Source of the DNA: a bacterium
Lineage (GTDB): Bacteria > UBA8248 > JACPRG01 > G963555815
Assembly (NCBI GenBank): GCA_965218795.1
Contig: OZ244653.1
Span: 3,584,001-3,648,000 of the forward strand
DNA: 64,000 nucleotides
Direction of reading: 5' to 3'
Shown: positions 38,928 through 48,666 of the stretch, in pieces
Numbering within the stretch: position 1 is the first letter of the stretch
Layout: the number at the start of each line of letters is the position of its first letter
Made by a program: the position numbers and the translations under genes
Notes under the pieces: generated by a model
What the model saw: the letters and a program-made list of their open reading frames with translations, nothing else
What the model was told of the DNA's origin: nothing
The model's database searches: none

Positions 38928-40133
38928 ATGAAGGCAATCATTCTGGCGGCGGGGGGTGACAGCCTGCCCCCGTTCACCTCCACACGTCCCAAGCCGATGC
39001 TCCATCTGAGCGGTCACTATCTGCTGGAAAGCGCCATCGAGTATCTCAGGGCCGCCGGAGTCATCGATCTCGTCCTCGTGGTGGGCTATCGGAAAGAGCG
39101 AATCGTCTCCTACTTCGGCAACGGAAGTGAGTTCGGAGTCCGGATCAGCTACGTCAGCCAGGAGGAGGACCTCGGGATCGGCAACGCGTTGCTCCAGGCC
39201 GAGAGCCGCATCAATCCGGGTGAATACTTCCTGCTGGTGTACGGTGACGTGGTCACCACCGGGAACATCTATCTGGAAACCATCCAGGGCTTCAATTCCT
39301 TCCGGGCTCCGGTCGCGGCCATCTGCCTGACGCCTGAGTCGGAGACGTTCGGCAACGTCTACCTGGACAACGAAATGCGGATCACCCGCTTGGTGGAGAA
39401 GCCCATGAGGGGGGGGTTGGGCAACTATGTCTTGGCCGGCGTGTTCATCCTGCCCCATGGGTTTTTTGAGATATTGAAAGAGGCTGGAGCGGATATGGGG
39501 AAGGCCCTGGACGATTTGATTCAGATGAACGGTCTGCACTCTTCCATATGGGAGCAGGACTGGATCGATGTGCGAACTCCTTGGGATATCCTGCGGGCCA
39601 ACCGGATGATGATGGATACGTGGCACCAGGCCATCGTGTCGGATACGACCCAGTTGAAGGGCTGGGTCCACATCAACGGCCCGGCTCATATCGAGGAAGG
39701 CGTGGAGATCCTGTCCGGCACCGTGATCGAAGGGCCTTGCTACCTTGGGCAAGGCAGCTTCGTGGGCAACAATGTGCTGATCCGCCCATACACCTGCATC
39801 GGGCCGAATTCGATGATTGGGTACGGTGTTGAGCTGAAGAACTGCGTCCTGTTCAGCGGCGCCCGCGTCGGCCGGCTCTCCTTCATCGGAGACAGCGTGG
39901 TCGGCGAAGGGGTCCACTTCGGATCGGGGACGGTGACGGTCAACGTCAACCTGGACGAGACCGATGTCAAGGCTGCCATCGGCGGAGAGGATGTCGAAAC
40001 GGGGATGACCAAGGTGGGATCGTTCATTGGCGACGGCTCCCGTATCGGGGCCGGGAACACTCTCCTGGCGGGTACGGTCATCCGCAACGGCAGCATCATA
40101 TCTCACCACGGAACGGTGTCCCGGGAGGTGTAA
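38928..40133 (+). CDS. Sugar-1-phosphate nucleotidyltransferase plus LbH acyltransferase (archaeal GlmU-like)
   Basis: KAIILAAG, TRPKPML, YGDV, VEKP, hexapeptide repeats, IGDSVVG. Confidence 0.85.
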   Translation: MKAIILAAGGDSLPPFTSTRPKPMLHLSGHYLLESAIEYLRAAGVIDLVLVVGYRKERIVSYFGNGSEFGVRISYVSQEEDLGIGNALLQAESRINPGEYFLLVYGDVVTTGNIYLETIQGFNSFRAPVAAICLTPESETFGNVYLDNEMRITRLVEKPMRGGLGNYVLAGVFILPHGFFEILKEAGADMGKALDDLIQMNGLHSSIWEQDWIDVRTPWDILRANRMMMDTWHQAIVSDTTQLKGWVHINGPAHIEEGVEILSGTVIEGPCYLGQGSFVGNNVLIRPYTCIGPNSMIGYGVELKNCVLFSGARVGRLSFIGDSVVGEGVHFGSGTVTVNVNLDETDVKAAIGGEDVETGMTKVGSFIGDGSRIGAGNTLLAGTVIRNGSIISHHGTVSREV

Positions 40134-40136
40134 GCG

Positions 40137-41957
40137 ATGTGCGGGATCTCAGGCGTCGTCGGTCAGAAACCCGTCGCCGCCGATCTGTTTCAGTGCGTTC
40201 GCAACCTGGAATACCGGGGATACGATTCGTGCGGCGTCGCCCTTATCAACAACGGCGGGATTGAAGTCCGGAAGAACGTCGGGACGGTGGACGAGGTCAA
40301 CGCCTTGGAGAGGTTGACGGAGATCGACGGGGAGATCGGTATCGCCCATACCCGTTGGGCGACCCACGGTAAGGTCAGCCGGGAAAACACCCACCCCCAC
40401 ACGAGCGCCTCCGGGAACATTGCCGTCGTTCACAACGGAATCATCGCGAACTACCGCGCTCTTCGGGAGCAGTTGCAGGGCAAGGGCCATGCCTTTCATT
40501 CCGAAACGGACACGGAAGTCATTCCCCATCTGATTGAAGATATCATGGGCGGCGGGCTGAATCTGGAAGACGCCTTCCGGCGGGCCGTCCGGGAGTTGGA
40601 GGGGAGCTTCGCCGTCGCCGTTCTCGCGGTTTCCGAGCGCGACCGGATTCTCTGCGCCAAGAAAGAGAGCCCCCTGGTCCTCGGCATCGGGGATTCGTGC
40701 AACTTCGTCGGATCCGATTTCAACACATTCATCGATTTCACCAAGCACGCAATCGTTCTGGACGACGGAGAGATGGCCGTGGTGATCCGGGACGGCTTCA
40801 CCGTCAAGGATTTCCTCACGGGCCGGACCATCCGAAAGAGCGTCATGGAGATTCAATGGGACGCCGAGATGTCCAAACGCGGGGGCTACCCTCACTACAT
40901 GCTCAAAGAGATTTACGAGCAGCCCCGGACTGTCAAGAACGCTCTGGACCTCGACCGCAAGGAGCTCCGCCGCCTGGCCCAGGCCATCGATTCCAAAAAG
41001 AGGACGTACCTCATTGGAACGGGGACGACCTATTACGTCAGCCTGTCGGGCCAGTATCTGTTCTCCCGGTATGCCGATCGGTTCCTCCCCGCCGTCAGCA
41101 GCGACGAATTTCGCGGGCTGGCCCAGTCGGATGCCGACACGTTCATTCTGGCCGCCTCCCAGTCCGGGGAAACCTATGACACGCTGAGCGCATTGCGTTA
41201 CGCCAAAGAGCGGAACGCGGCCTCGGCGGCGATCGTGAACGTGATGGGTTCCTCCATCGCCCGAATGGTGGACCAGGTCATCCTTCAGGACGCCGGGCCG
41301 GAGATCTGCGTCCTCAGCACCAAGGCGGCCATTTCCCAAATCCTGATTCTCTGTCTGACCGCGCTGGAGTTGGGAGAATTAACGGGGCATCTCTCCTCCG
41401 TAGAGGTGAACGCGCTACGGGAGGAGATCGGCTGTCTCCCCGACCTGATGGAAGCCATTCTCAATGAACGGTCCGGTTTCATCCACGGGATTGCCCACCG
41501 CCGGATGAACCGGAAAAACTGGCTGTATCTGGGAAGGGGGATCTACTATGCCATTGCCATGGAAAGCGCGCTGAAGATGAAGGAGGTCACGTACCTCCAC
41601 GCGGAAGGGATGCCCGCGGGCTTCCTGAAGCACGGAACGATCTCCCTGATCGACGACCAGATGGCCTCGATGCTCTTCGTCCCGCCCCCGAGGGCGGGTG
41701 AGTTGTATTCCCTCTCACTGAGCAGCGCGGAGGAAATCAAGGCCCGGGGCGGGTACGTGCTCGGCGTGCACACCGAAGGGGACAAAGAGGCCGAGGAAAT
41801 CTGCGACGAGTCGATCGCGCTTCCGTCCGGACCTGATGTGGTCAACCCCTTTCTCCACCTTCTCGCCGGCCAGTTGTTCGCCTACTTCACGGCCACAGGC
41901 CTGAAGCGCAACATCGACCGTCCCCGTTCGCTGGCCAAATCCGTCACCGTTGCTTGA
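40137..41957 (+). CDS. glmS: Glutamine-fructose-6-phosphate aminotransferase
   Basis: MCGI, EYRGYDS, HTRWATHG, SQSGET, LKHG, PRSLAKSVTV. Confidence 0.96.
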   Translation: MCGISGVVGQKPVAADLFQCVRNLEYRGYDSCGVALINNGGIEVRKNVGTVDEVNALERLTEIDGEIGIAHTRWATHGKVSRENTHPHTSASGNIAVVHNGIIANYRALREQLQGKGHAFHSETDTEVIPHLIEDIMGGGLNLEDAFRRAVRELEGSFAVAVLAVSERDRILCAKKESPLVLGIGDSCNFVGSDFNTFIDFTKHAIVLDDGEMAVVIRDGFTVKDFLTGRTIRKSVMEIQWDAEMSKRGGYPHYMLKEIYEQPRTVKNALDLDRKELRRLAQAIDSKKRTYLIGTGTTYYVSLSGQYLFSRYADRFLPAVSSDEFRGLAQSDADTFILAASQSGETYDTLSALRYAKERNAASAAIVNVMGSSIARMVDQVILQDAGPEICVLSTKAAISQILILCLTALELGELTGHLSSVEVNALREEIGCLPDLMEAILNERSGFIHGIAHRRMNRKNWLYLGRGIYYAIAMESALKMKEVTYLHAEGMPAGFLKHGTISLIDDQMASMLFVPPPRAGELYSLSLSSAEEIKARGGYVLGVHTEGDKEAEEICDESIALPSGPDVVNPFLHLLAGQLFAYFTATGLKRNIDRPRSLAKSVTVA

Positions 41958-42069
41958 GCCTGTCCGCGAAGGGCCGGGGAAGATCGACCCGTCCCGCCGG
42001 ATGGACCGTCGGGCAGGCCGGATGTTCCTTGCTCGAAAACCGATATCTTTGCGGGGCTGAGACCGGGAC

Positions 42070-44148
42070 GTGATGGACCGACCTTTGCGTCTGCAGGGGA
42101 CCGATGGGATTCGCGCCGCCGTGGGTCCTGATAATGAAGCGAGCCGGCGGGATCCCCTGGGAACCTACCTGCGGACCGGACGCCTGACTCCGGCTTTCGC
42201 CACACTGTACGCCCGGGCCTTTGCGGAGGAGGAGACATCCCCCGGGGAGGAAGTCATTGTCGGATGGGACCCCCGGGACCGCGGCGGAGATTTCACCAAG
42301 GCGGTCGTCGGAGGCGTCCTCCAGGCCGGTCGCAGGCCGGTCGTTCTGGGAACCGTTCCGACCCCCGCCGTCCCCCTGCTCATGATCCGGCGGAAGTCCA
42401 ACGCCGGGATCATGGTGACGGCCTCGCACAACCCCGAAAGCCAGAACGGACTCAAGCTCTTCCTCGGCCCCCTCGCGACCAAGCTCTACCCGGCGGATGA
42501 GGAGCGGCTGACCCGGAAAGTGTACGACCTGGGTGGAAGTCCGGCCCGTTCGTCCTCGGAAGGAGAGCCTTTGCTGAGGGAGGCCGAGGCACGGAGAGCC
42601 TTCATCGATGACTCCTGCGACCCGTTCAATTCCTGGCTGCCCGAACCCGTCCCAGGCGGGTCCGGCGCAGCCGAGGGACCCTTGGCGGATCTTCTGCTCG
42701 TGGTGGACGCCGCGGGGGGAAGCATGGCGGGTTTGGCCGCCGATGTCCTCCGCCGCCTGGGGGCCGGCGAAGTGGTTGAAGTGAACGGCACCGGCGCCCC
42801 GATCAACGAGGATGGGGGGGTGGTCGATCTGGAACAGGTCCATTGGGTCGACGCCGATTGCCGAAGCGACGCCGGCAAGGACTTCAGCCGACACGCGGGG
42901 GTCGCCGCCTTGATCGAGGCCGCCGGCGGATGCCGCCCGGAGCTCCTGTCCGGAAAGCGTTGGGCCGCGGGCGCGGTTTTTGACGGCGACGGCGACCGCG
43001 CCGTTCTCCTGTTCTACGATCCGTTCAGCGAAGGGGCTGCGGTGCTGGACGGCGATCGGGCCGCCCTCCATATGGCGAGGTTTCTGTCGGACGCGGACCC
43101 GAATGGCTGGAAGGGGACCTCGTATGTCAATACGGTGGACAGCGACCTGGGTGCGGCGGCGGCCGCATCGGAGTTGGGGTTTGCGCCCGCGCTCTCGGCG
43201 GTCGGAGACAAGTGGTTGCTCTGGCGCGCGGGACTGGCCTGCGCCCGCGCAGGGGCCGATGAGGCGGGGGGGGCTTCGGGATCGCTGGGAGCGTTGGAGG
43301 CGGGAGAGGGCGACGCCCGCGCGCTCGCCGCGTATCTGCGGGATCTGAGCCGGGAGCCGGCCGATGCCTTGCTGACCCCCGGAAGGATCCCCTTTGCCCT
43401 GGGGAGCGAGGCGTCGGGCCATCACGTGACCCTGGGGCGCACGCAGGTCGACGGAAACTTCTCTCCCGTATTCGCCGGCAACGGCCTCAAGGCGGCGACA
43501 AACACCCTTGCGGCGATTCGGGCGCTCTCCATGGGAAGGTCCGTCGGCGAGTGGGTCGAGGCGGTGTGCCGACCTTACCCGACGGGGTATCGAAAAACCT
43601 ACTACGCCTTTTACACGGACCGGGAGAAATTCGCGCCCGGGACCGATGCCTGGCGCAAGATGGAAGAGCTTCTCCCCCGGACGTGCGAATCGAAGTTGGG
43701 GAAGCGCTGCCGGTCCCGCCGGTTGAGAATCTCCGAAGACCCCGGCATGCTGTATCTCGCGCTGGAGGATGCCGAGGGCGTTCAGCGGGCCGCGGTTTTC
43801 GTCCGGAATTCCGGGACGGAGGAACGGACGGGCGTGACGGTCCAGGGCGTTCCGGGCGAGGCGGCGGCTCTGGATGAAATCGGAGAGACTGGCCTCCGCT
43901 CTCTCCTCGCGGACCTCAAGCGCGGCGGCCATCCGTACGCTGAGGCGGAGAGGGAGATATTGGGACGGCTCACGGGCGGAACGTTAAGCGTCGAGGAAGC
44001 CGGAAAAGAGGTAGGGAAACATGTAGAGGTCCGGCGACTGTTCAAGGAAATGAAGCGCCAGGGCCTGATTCTCGTGGAGGGCGGGACCGTTGCCGCAACG
44101 GACATCGGTCGGTGGTACGCGGAGAATGCGGCGGCGCCGTCAGGGTGA
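42070..44148 (+). CDS. Expanded phosphohexomutase (GlmM-like)
   Basis: GTDGIR, TASHNP, FDGDGDR, GSEASGH, VRNSGTE; 692 aa with insertions and a C-terminal extension. Confidence 0.85.
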   Translation: MMDRPLRLQGTDGIRAAVGPDNEASRRDPLGTYLRTGRLTPAFATLYARAFAEEETSPGEEVIVGWDPRDRGGDFTKAVVGGVLQAGRRPVVLGTVPTPAVPLLMIRRKSNAGIMVTASHNPESQNGLKLFLGPLATKLYPADEERLTRKVYDLGGSPARSSSEGEPLLREAEARRAFIDDSCDPFNSWLPEPVPGGSGAAEGPLADLLLVVDAAGGSMAGLAADVLRRLGAGEVVEVNGTGAPINEDGGVVDLEQVHWVDADCRSDAGKDFSRHAGVAALIEAAGGCRPELLSGKRWAAGAVFDGDGDRAVLLFYDPFSEGAAVLDGDRAALHMARFLSDADPNGWKGTSYVNTVDSDLGAAAAASELGFAPALSAVGDKWLLWRAGLACARAGADEAGGASGSLGALEAGEGDARALAAYLRDLSREPADALLTPGRIPFALGSEASGHHVTLGRTQVDGNFSPVFAGNGLKAATNTLAAIRALSMGRSVGEWVEAVCRPYPTGYRKTYYAFYTDREKFAPGTDAWRKMEELLPRTCESKLGKRCRSRRLRISEDPGMLYLALEDAEGVQRAAVFVRNSGTEERTGVTVQGVPGEAAALDEIGETGLRSLLADLKRGGHPYAEAEREILGRLTGGTLSVEEAGKEVGKHVEVRRLFKEMKRQGLILVEGGTVAATDIGRWYAENAAAPSG

Positions 44149-44160
44149 CGAGGGAGAGGA

Positions 44161-44955
44161 ATGAGCAATCGGCCTGAAACCCGGCCCGGATTTTATTTTC
44201 CGGGGGACGACGACCCATGGGTCGCCGGGCTTTTCCGCGATACCGAACGGGTTTGGGAGGGGGTTCCCCGAATTGCCGGCGCCATCGATGAAGTGATCGC
44301 CGAAAGCGAGGCCCCGGCCGGGGCGGTACCGCCCGGAATCGGGCTCCACGACGGGATGATCACCGCCGACGCGCTGGTTCGGGTTTCCGAAGATATCCTC
44401 CTGCCCGAGTTGCGGATCCTGATTCGGGCGGGGGCGGTCCTGGAGCCGGGCGTCCTGATCAAATCCGGCGCCCTGGTCGGCGAAGGAGCGGAGCTCCGCC
44501 AGGGGGCGTACCTCCGCGGGGATGCGATCATCGCCGGCGGCGCCATCGTCGGCCATGTGAGCGAGGTCAAGAATTCGGTCTTTTTCGCCGGCGCGGAGGC
44601 CGGGCACTTCGCCTACGTGGGGGACAGCATCCTGGGCCGGCGCGTCAACCTGGGCGCGGGGACCAAGCTGGCCAATCTCCAGCTCAGGACGCCGAAGCAG
44701 AAGGCCGGGGACGCTCCATGCTCCGTCACATTGTCCGCGGACGGATCGATCCTGGACACCGGCCTGCGCAAGCTCGGAGCCATCCTGGGCGACGACGTGG
44801 AGATCGGATGCAATACCGTCACCTCGCCCGGAACGCTGGTCGGCCCCCGCACCTGGATATATTCGACCACGACGGTCCGGAAAGGTTTTTATCCGGCCGA
44901 TGCCATCATCCGCCCCGAGTCGAGAGACCTGGAAACCATCCCGAAGAAGAAGTAG
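44161..44955 (+). CDS. Stand-alone LbH acyltransferase (GlmU C-terminal-like)
   Basis: RQGAYLRG, EVKNS, HFAYVGDSILG, NLGAGTKLAN, RKLGAILGD. Confidence 0.85.
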   Translation: MSNRPETRPGFYFPGDDDPWVAGLFRDTERVWEGVPRIAGAIDEVIAESEAPAGAVPPGIGLHDGMITADALVRVSEDILLPELRILIRAGAVLEPGVLIKSGALVGEGAELRQGAYLRGDAIIAGGAIVGHVSEVKNSVFFAGAEAGHFAYVGDSILGRRVNLGAGTKLANLQLRTPKQKAGDAPCSVTLSADGSILDTGLRKLGAILGDDVEIGCNTVTSPGTLVGPRTWIYSTTTVRKGFYPADAIIRPESRDLETIPKKK

Positions 44956-44962
44956 CCCCTCC

Positions 44963-47260
44963 GTGCATTCCTACCTCGAAGGTCTGACGGATCAGCAAAG
45001 AGAAGCCGTGCTCCACGAGGGCTCCCCCCTGCTCGTCCTTGCCGGGGCGGGATCCGGGAAGACCCGTGTGGTCACGCGGCGCATCGCCCGTCTGATCACG
45101 GAGGGCCTCGCGCGGCCCCAAGAGGTTCTCGCCCTGACCTTCACCAACAAGGCGGCGGGGGAGATGCGGGAGCGCGCCCTGCGCCTCCTGGCGGGTGAAG
45201 ACGGGGAGTCCGTCGGGAGAGCCGGTGCGCGGGGAGGCGATCGAGGGGACGCGGATCCCGCTCCGGCCCGTCTGCTCTGGGTCTCGACCTTCCATTCGGC
45301 CTGCGCCCGGATCCTCCGGTACGACGGCAAGGCCCTGGGGCTCGAGCCCGATTTCACGATATATGACGCCGCGGACAGCCTGGCCGCGATCACCGCGGTC
45401 GCCTCCGACCTGGGAATCAACCGGGATCTCTACGCCCCCCGCCTGCTCTTGTCGGTGATCCGCAGGGCCAAAAGCCAAGGGATCGGACCGGATCAGTTCG
45501 AGGGCCTGGGTTTCGGCGTGGACGCCAAGGTGCGGCAGGTCTACCCGGCCTATCAGGCCCGCCTTCGGGAATCGGGCGCGGCCGACTTCGACGATCTGCT
45601 CTTCATGACGACCCGGCTGTTCGAGGAACATACCGATATCCTGAATGCTTACCGGGAACGCTTCCGCCGGATTCTGATCGACGAGTACCAGGACACCAAC
45701 GGCGCCCAGCACCACCTCCTCAAGCTCCTGGCCGGGCAAGGCGGGAACCTCTGCGTGGTGGGGGATGAGGACCAAAGCATCTACAAATGGCGCGGCGCCG
45801 AGGTGGAAGGGATCCTTCAGATGGAGCGGGCCTACCCGGGAACCCGCGTCATCCGTCTGGAGAAAAACTTCCGGTCATCGGCCGCCATCCTTCGCGGGGC
45901 CGCGGGCGTGATCGGGCGAAACCGCCGCCGGCGGAACAAGGCCCTCATCCCCACGCGGGAAGCCGGCGAGAAGCTGGTCCTCTATTCGGCCCTGGACGAT
46001 GGGGCCGAGGCGGAGTACGTCGCCTCCAAAGTGATTGACATCCGAAGAGGGCCGGGCGACCCGTCCGGACCGAGCAGCACGGCGGTGTTTTTCCGTACGC
46101 ACGCCCAGTCGCGCCCGTTCGAGGAGGCCTTCCGCCGCCACCGCATCCCGCACCGCGTGGTGGCCGGGCTCCGTTTCTTCGACCGGAAGGAGATCAAGGA
46201 TGTCGTTTCCTATTGCAAGGTCCTGGTGAACCCAAGGGCCGAGGACGCGCTCCTGCGGATCATCAACGTTCCGCCCCGCGGGATCGGCGGGACGACGGTC
46301 CAACGGCTGAAGGAGGCCGTCCGGGAGACCGGCCGGTCGATTTGGGACGTCATCGCCCGTCCGGGCGAGGCGGTTCGTGGCTCGGCCAAAAGCCGGGTGG
46401 CGGATTTCCATGAACTCATGGCGCGATTGGCGGAAGAAGCCGTGCGCCTGCCGGTCGTGGACCTGTTCCGGAGCCTCCAGGTCCGGACGGGGTATGCGGA
46501 GTTTTGCCGCGAGACGGGCCGGGAAGCGGTCTTGAAGGAGTTTGCGGATTCCCTGGAGAAGTTCCAGGGCGAATGGAAATCGGACGCCGCCCCCCGGCTG
46601 CGGGATTATCTGGACGAGGCCGCTTTGCTGAGCGACATCGATACCGTCGAAGGCCAACCCGGGGGGGAAGTCCTCCTCATGACCCTTCATGCGGCCAAGG
46701 GCCTTGAGTTCGACACCGTTTTCCTGACCGGCGTGGAAGAGGGTCTCATCCCCCACAGCCAGTCCCTGCGGGCCGCGGAGGGCGATATCGAGGAAGAGCG
46801 CCGCCTCTTTTACGTTGGGATGACCCGCGCGCAAAATCGACTGATCCTCACCCGGGCGCTGACGCGAACCCTGTACGGCCAAACGCGCTCTCATCCGGAA
46901 TCGGTCTTCCTGTCCGAAATCCCGGAGGATGTTCTGACACGGGAGGGCGGGGAAGGCCGCTTCGGGCAGAAGGCCGCCTTCTCGGATGCGGGAGGGGATG
47001 GGCGGCGGCGGAGGCCGAGGCGTGGAGAGGAGCCCGCCGGGCCGCGGGGAGGTCATTTTTCAGGGCAGGCGGAATCCGAGGCCCGAACGTCGTCGGCCGG
47101 GCAATGGAAGATGGGGGCCCGTGTCCTTCACGACACCTTCGGGTCGGGGACGATCGTCGAGAGCCGGGGCTCGGGCGACGAGCTCTGCGTCACCGTCCGC
47201 TTCGCGACCGGGACGAAGCAGCTGATGATCAAATACGCGCCGATGCGCATTGCGGGCTAG
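44963..47260 (+). CDS. pcrA: ATP-dependent DNA helicase PcrA/UvrD
   Basis: AGAGSGKT, DEYQDTN, VGDEDQSIY, TLHAAKGLEF, EERRLFYVGMTRA; C-terminal Tudor-like domain. Confidence 0.93.
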   Translation: MHSYLEGLTDQQREAVLHEGSPLLVLAGAGSGKTRVVTRRIARLITEGLARPQEVLALTFTNKAAGEMRERALRLLAGEDGESVGRAGARGGDRGDADPAPARLLWVSTFHSACARILRYDGKALGLEPDFTIYDAADSLAAITAVASDLGINRDLYAPRLLLSVIRRAKSQGIGPDQFEGLGFGVDAKVRQVYPAYQARLRESGAADFDDLLFMTTRLFEEHTDILNAYRERFRRILIDEYQDTNGAQHHLLKLLAGQGGNLCVVGDEDQSIYKWRGAEVEGILQMERAYPGTRVIRLEKNFRSSAAILRGAAGVIGRNRRRRNKALIPTREAGEKLVLYSALDDGAEAEYVASKVIDIRRGPGDPSGPSSTAVFFRTHAQSRPFEEAFRRHRIPHRVVAGLRFFDRKEIKDVVSYCKVLVNPRAEDALLRIINVPPRGIGGTTVQRLKEAVRETGRSIWDVIARPGEAVRGSAKSRVADFHELMARLAEEAVRLPVVDLFRSLQVRTGYAEFCRETGREAVLKEFADSLEKFQGEWKSDAAPRLRDYLDEAALLSDIDTVEGQPGGEVLLMTLHAAKGLEFDTVFLTGVEEGLIPHSQSLRAAEGDIEEERRLFYVGMTRAQNRLILTRALTRTLYGQTRSHPESVFLSEIPEDVLTREGGEGRFGQKAAFSDAGGDGRRRRPRRGEEPAGPRGGHFSGQAESEARTSSAGQWKMGARVLHDTFGSGTIVESRGSGDELCVTVRFATGTKQLMIKYAPMRIAG

Positions 47261-47325
47261 GGCTGGCCAAATGTGTCCTTCGGCTGTTACATTATGAGGG
47301 TAACAGAACTCTGGAGAACCCGGCA

Positions 47326-47613
47326 TTGGAATTAACCAGGGAACAGATCGATCACATCTCGCAGCTCGCGCGGCTGAACTTCTCCGAGGAAGAGCGTGAG
47401 CAGTTCCGGGAACAGCTCGCCGGTATCCTCTCCTATGTCGGGATGCTGAATGACGTCGATACGGCGGACGTCGAGCCGGTGACGACCGTCCTTCCCCAGG
47501 TGAACGTCTTCCGGGAAGACGAGGTCCGCAAACCGCTCCCGCAGGAAGATTTTCTCTCGCTCGCCCCCTCGGCCGATCACGGCCACTACAAGGTCCCGAA
47601 AGTCATTGAATAG
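47326..47613 (+). CDS. gatC: Asp/Glu-tRNA amidotransferase subunit C
   Basis: TREQIDHISQLARL..VFREDEV..YKVPKVIE; TTG start. Confidence 0.92.
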   Translation: MELTREQIDHISQLARLNFSEEEREQFREQLAGILSYVGMLNDVDTADVEPVTTVLPQVNVFREDEVRKPLPQEDFLSLAPSADHGHYKVPKVIE

Positions 47614-47772
47614 AGAGAGCGGGCACGGCCTGCTCCGGTTTCGCCGGGCACAGGCGTTGGATTCATGTAAGATACCCTCCTCCAGCCCGGCTTCGGCGCC
47701 TTGAAGGCGCCGCAAAACGCTGAGGCCTGTTGCCTCCAGAATGTCCTCTCACCCTTTTTGGTCTTGCCCCCC

Positions 47773-48165
47773 GGAAAAACTTTGGAAATGATACGCTTGA
47801 CTGGTCAGGTCTTTTTTCTGGATTCCCGCTTCCGCGGGAATGACAGGCTGTTGTACGTGGGCCTCGTTTGTCATTCCTGCGCAAGCAGGAACCCACTCTC
47901 CGACTGAAACACTCGGGGACAGGCTCCGCGGGAATGACCCCCGCCTGAAACCGTTGGGGCGGGGGCGCTGGGGGACCGGCATGGTTCTGGTGATCATTCC
48001 CGCCCCCGACTCAAGCCTTCGGGGACAGGCTGCAACGGGAATCCATCTCGACGGAGAAATCGACTTACGCGGCGCCTGACGATCTCGAGGCGCGGTACGG
48101 GTCTACGGCAATCTCCGAAGAATGATACCCCTGGCTGGTCAAGCGTATCATTCCCAAAACTTTCC
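47773..48165. mobile_element. MITE-like element with ~36-bp imperfect terminal inverted repeats enclosing REP-like units
   Basis: 47773-47809 GGAAAAACTTTGGAAATGATACGCTTGACTGGTCAGG versus reverse complement of 48130-48165 GGAAAGTTTTGGGAATGATACGCTTGACCAGCCAGG. Confidence 0.6.
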
Positions 48166-48666
48166 TTTCGCTGCGCAAGTGGCGGTGTATGCCTGTGCCT
48201 GGGTCGCAGTCTGCGGCAATCTCGCGGCGGTGTCCCCTTGTGGCTGACTCTGGGATGGCCGCATGGGTGACGGGCTTCGGCTTCATATACGCCTGCCTGG
48301 ATGACGACTTCGACCGTTCAGAGGAGGTGCGCGCTCCATCCCCGCGCGGTTCGGCATTGCAAGCGCCCTGCGGCTCTCCGCAATTCTGCATCCCGTCACC
48401 ATTTTTCCTTTCTCGAGGCGGGCAGATCGGGTAACCTTGGGGAATCTATTGGATTGGCTGGCGGGTAGCGGGATTCTGGTCTGTGAGCATCTCCTGGCGA
48501 GGCTCACCGATCTGTCGCGGGCAAATTTTTTTCGTTCTTTGACCTGAACGCCTGGTTCAGTGTCGTCGTCGGGTTGGGGGTGGTCGCTGATGTCCTCTGG
48601 CGTTCGCATGGGCGAAAAGACCTCCGATGGGGAAGGGGGAAGAGGTTGAGATTCCGTGGATTGGCC

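Noticed and set aside
41920-42070. attTn7 site at the glmS 3' end
   Set aside because: No Tn7 end or tns genes; the next gene follows directly
41944-43932. 662-aa minus-strand ORF and similar antisense ORFs opposite groEL, degP and aspC
   Set aside because: Shadow frames of well-supported genes
47773-48165. CRISPR array
   Set aside because: Repeats are not regularly spaced direct repeats with unique spacers; no cas genes
48166-48660. Riboswitch upstream of the NitT/TauT transporter
   Set aside because: No TPP, SAM, cobalamin or FMN consensus seen
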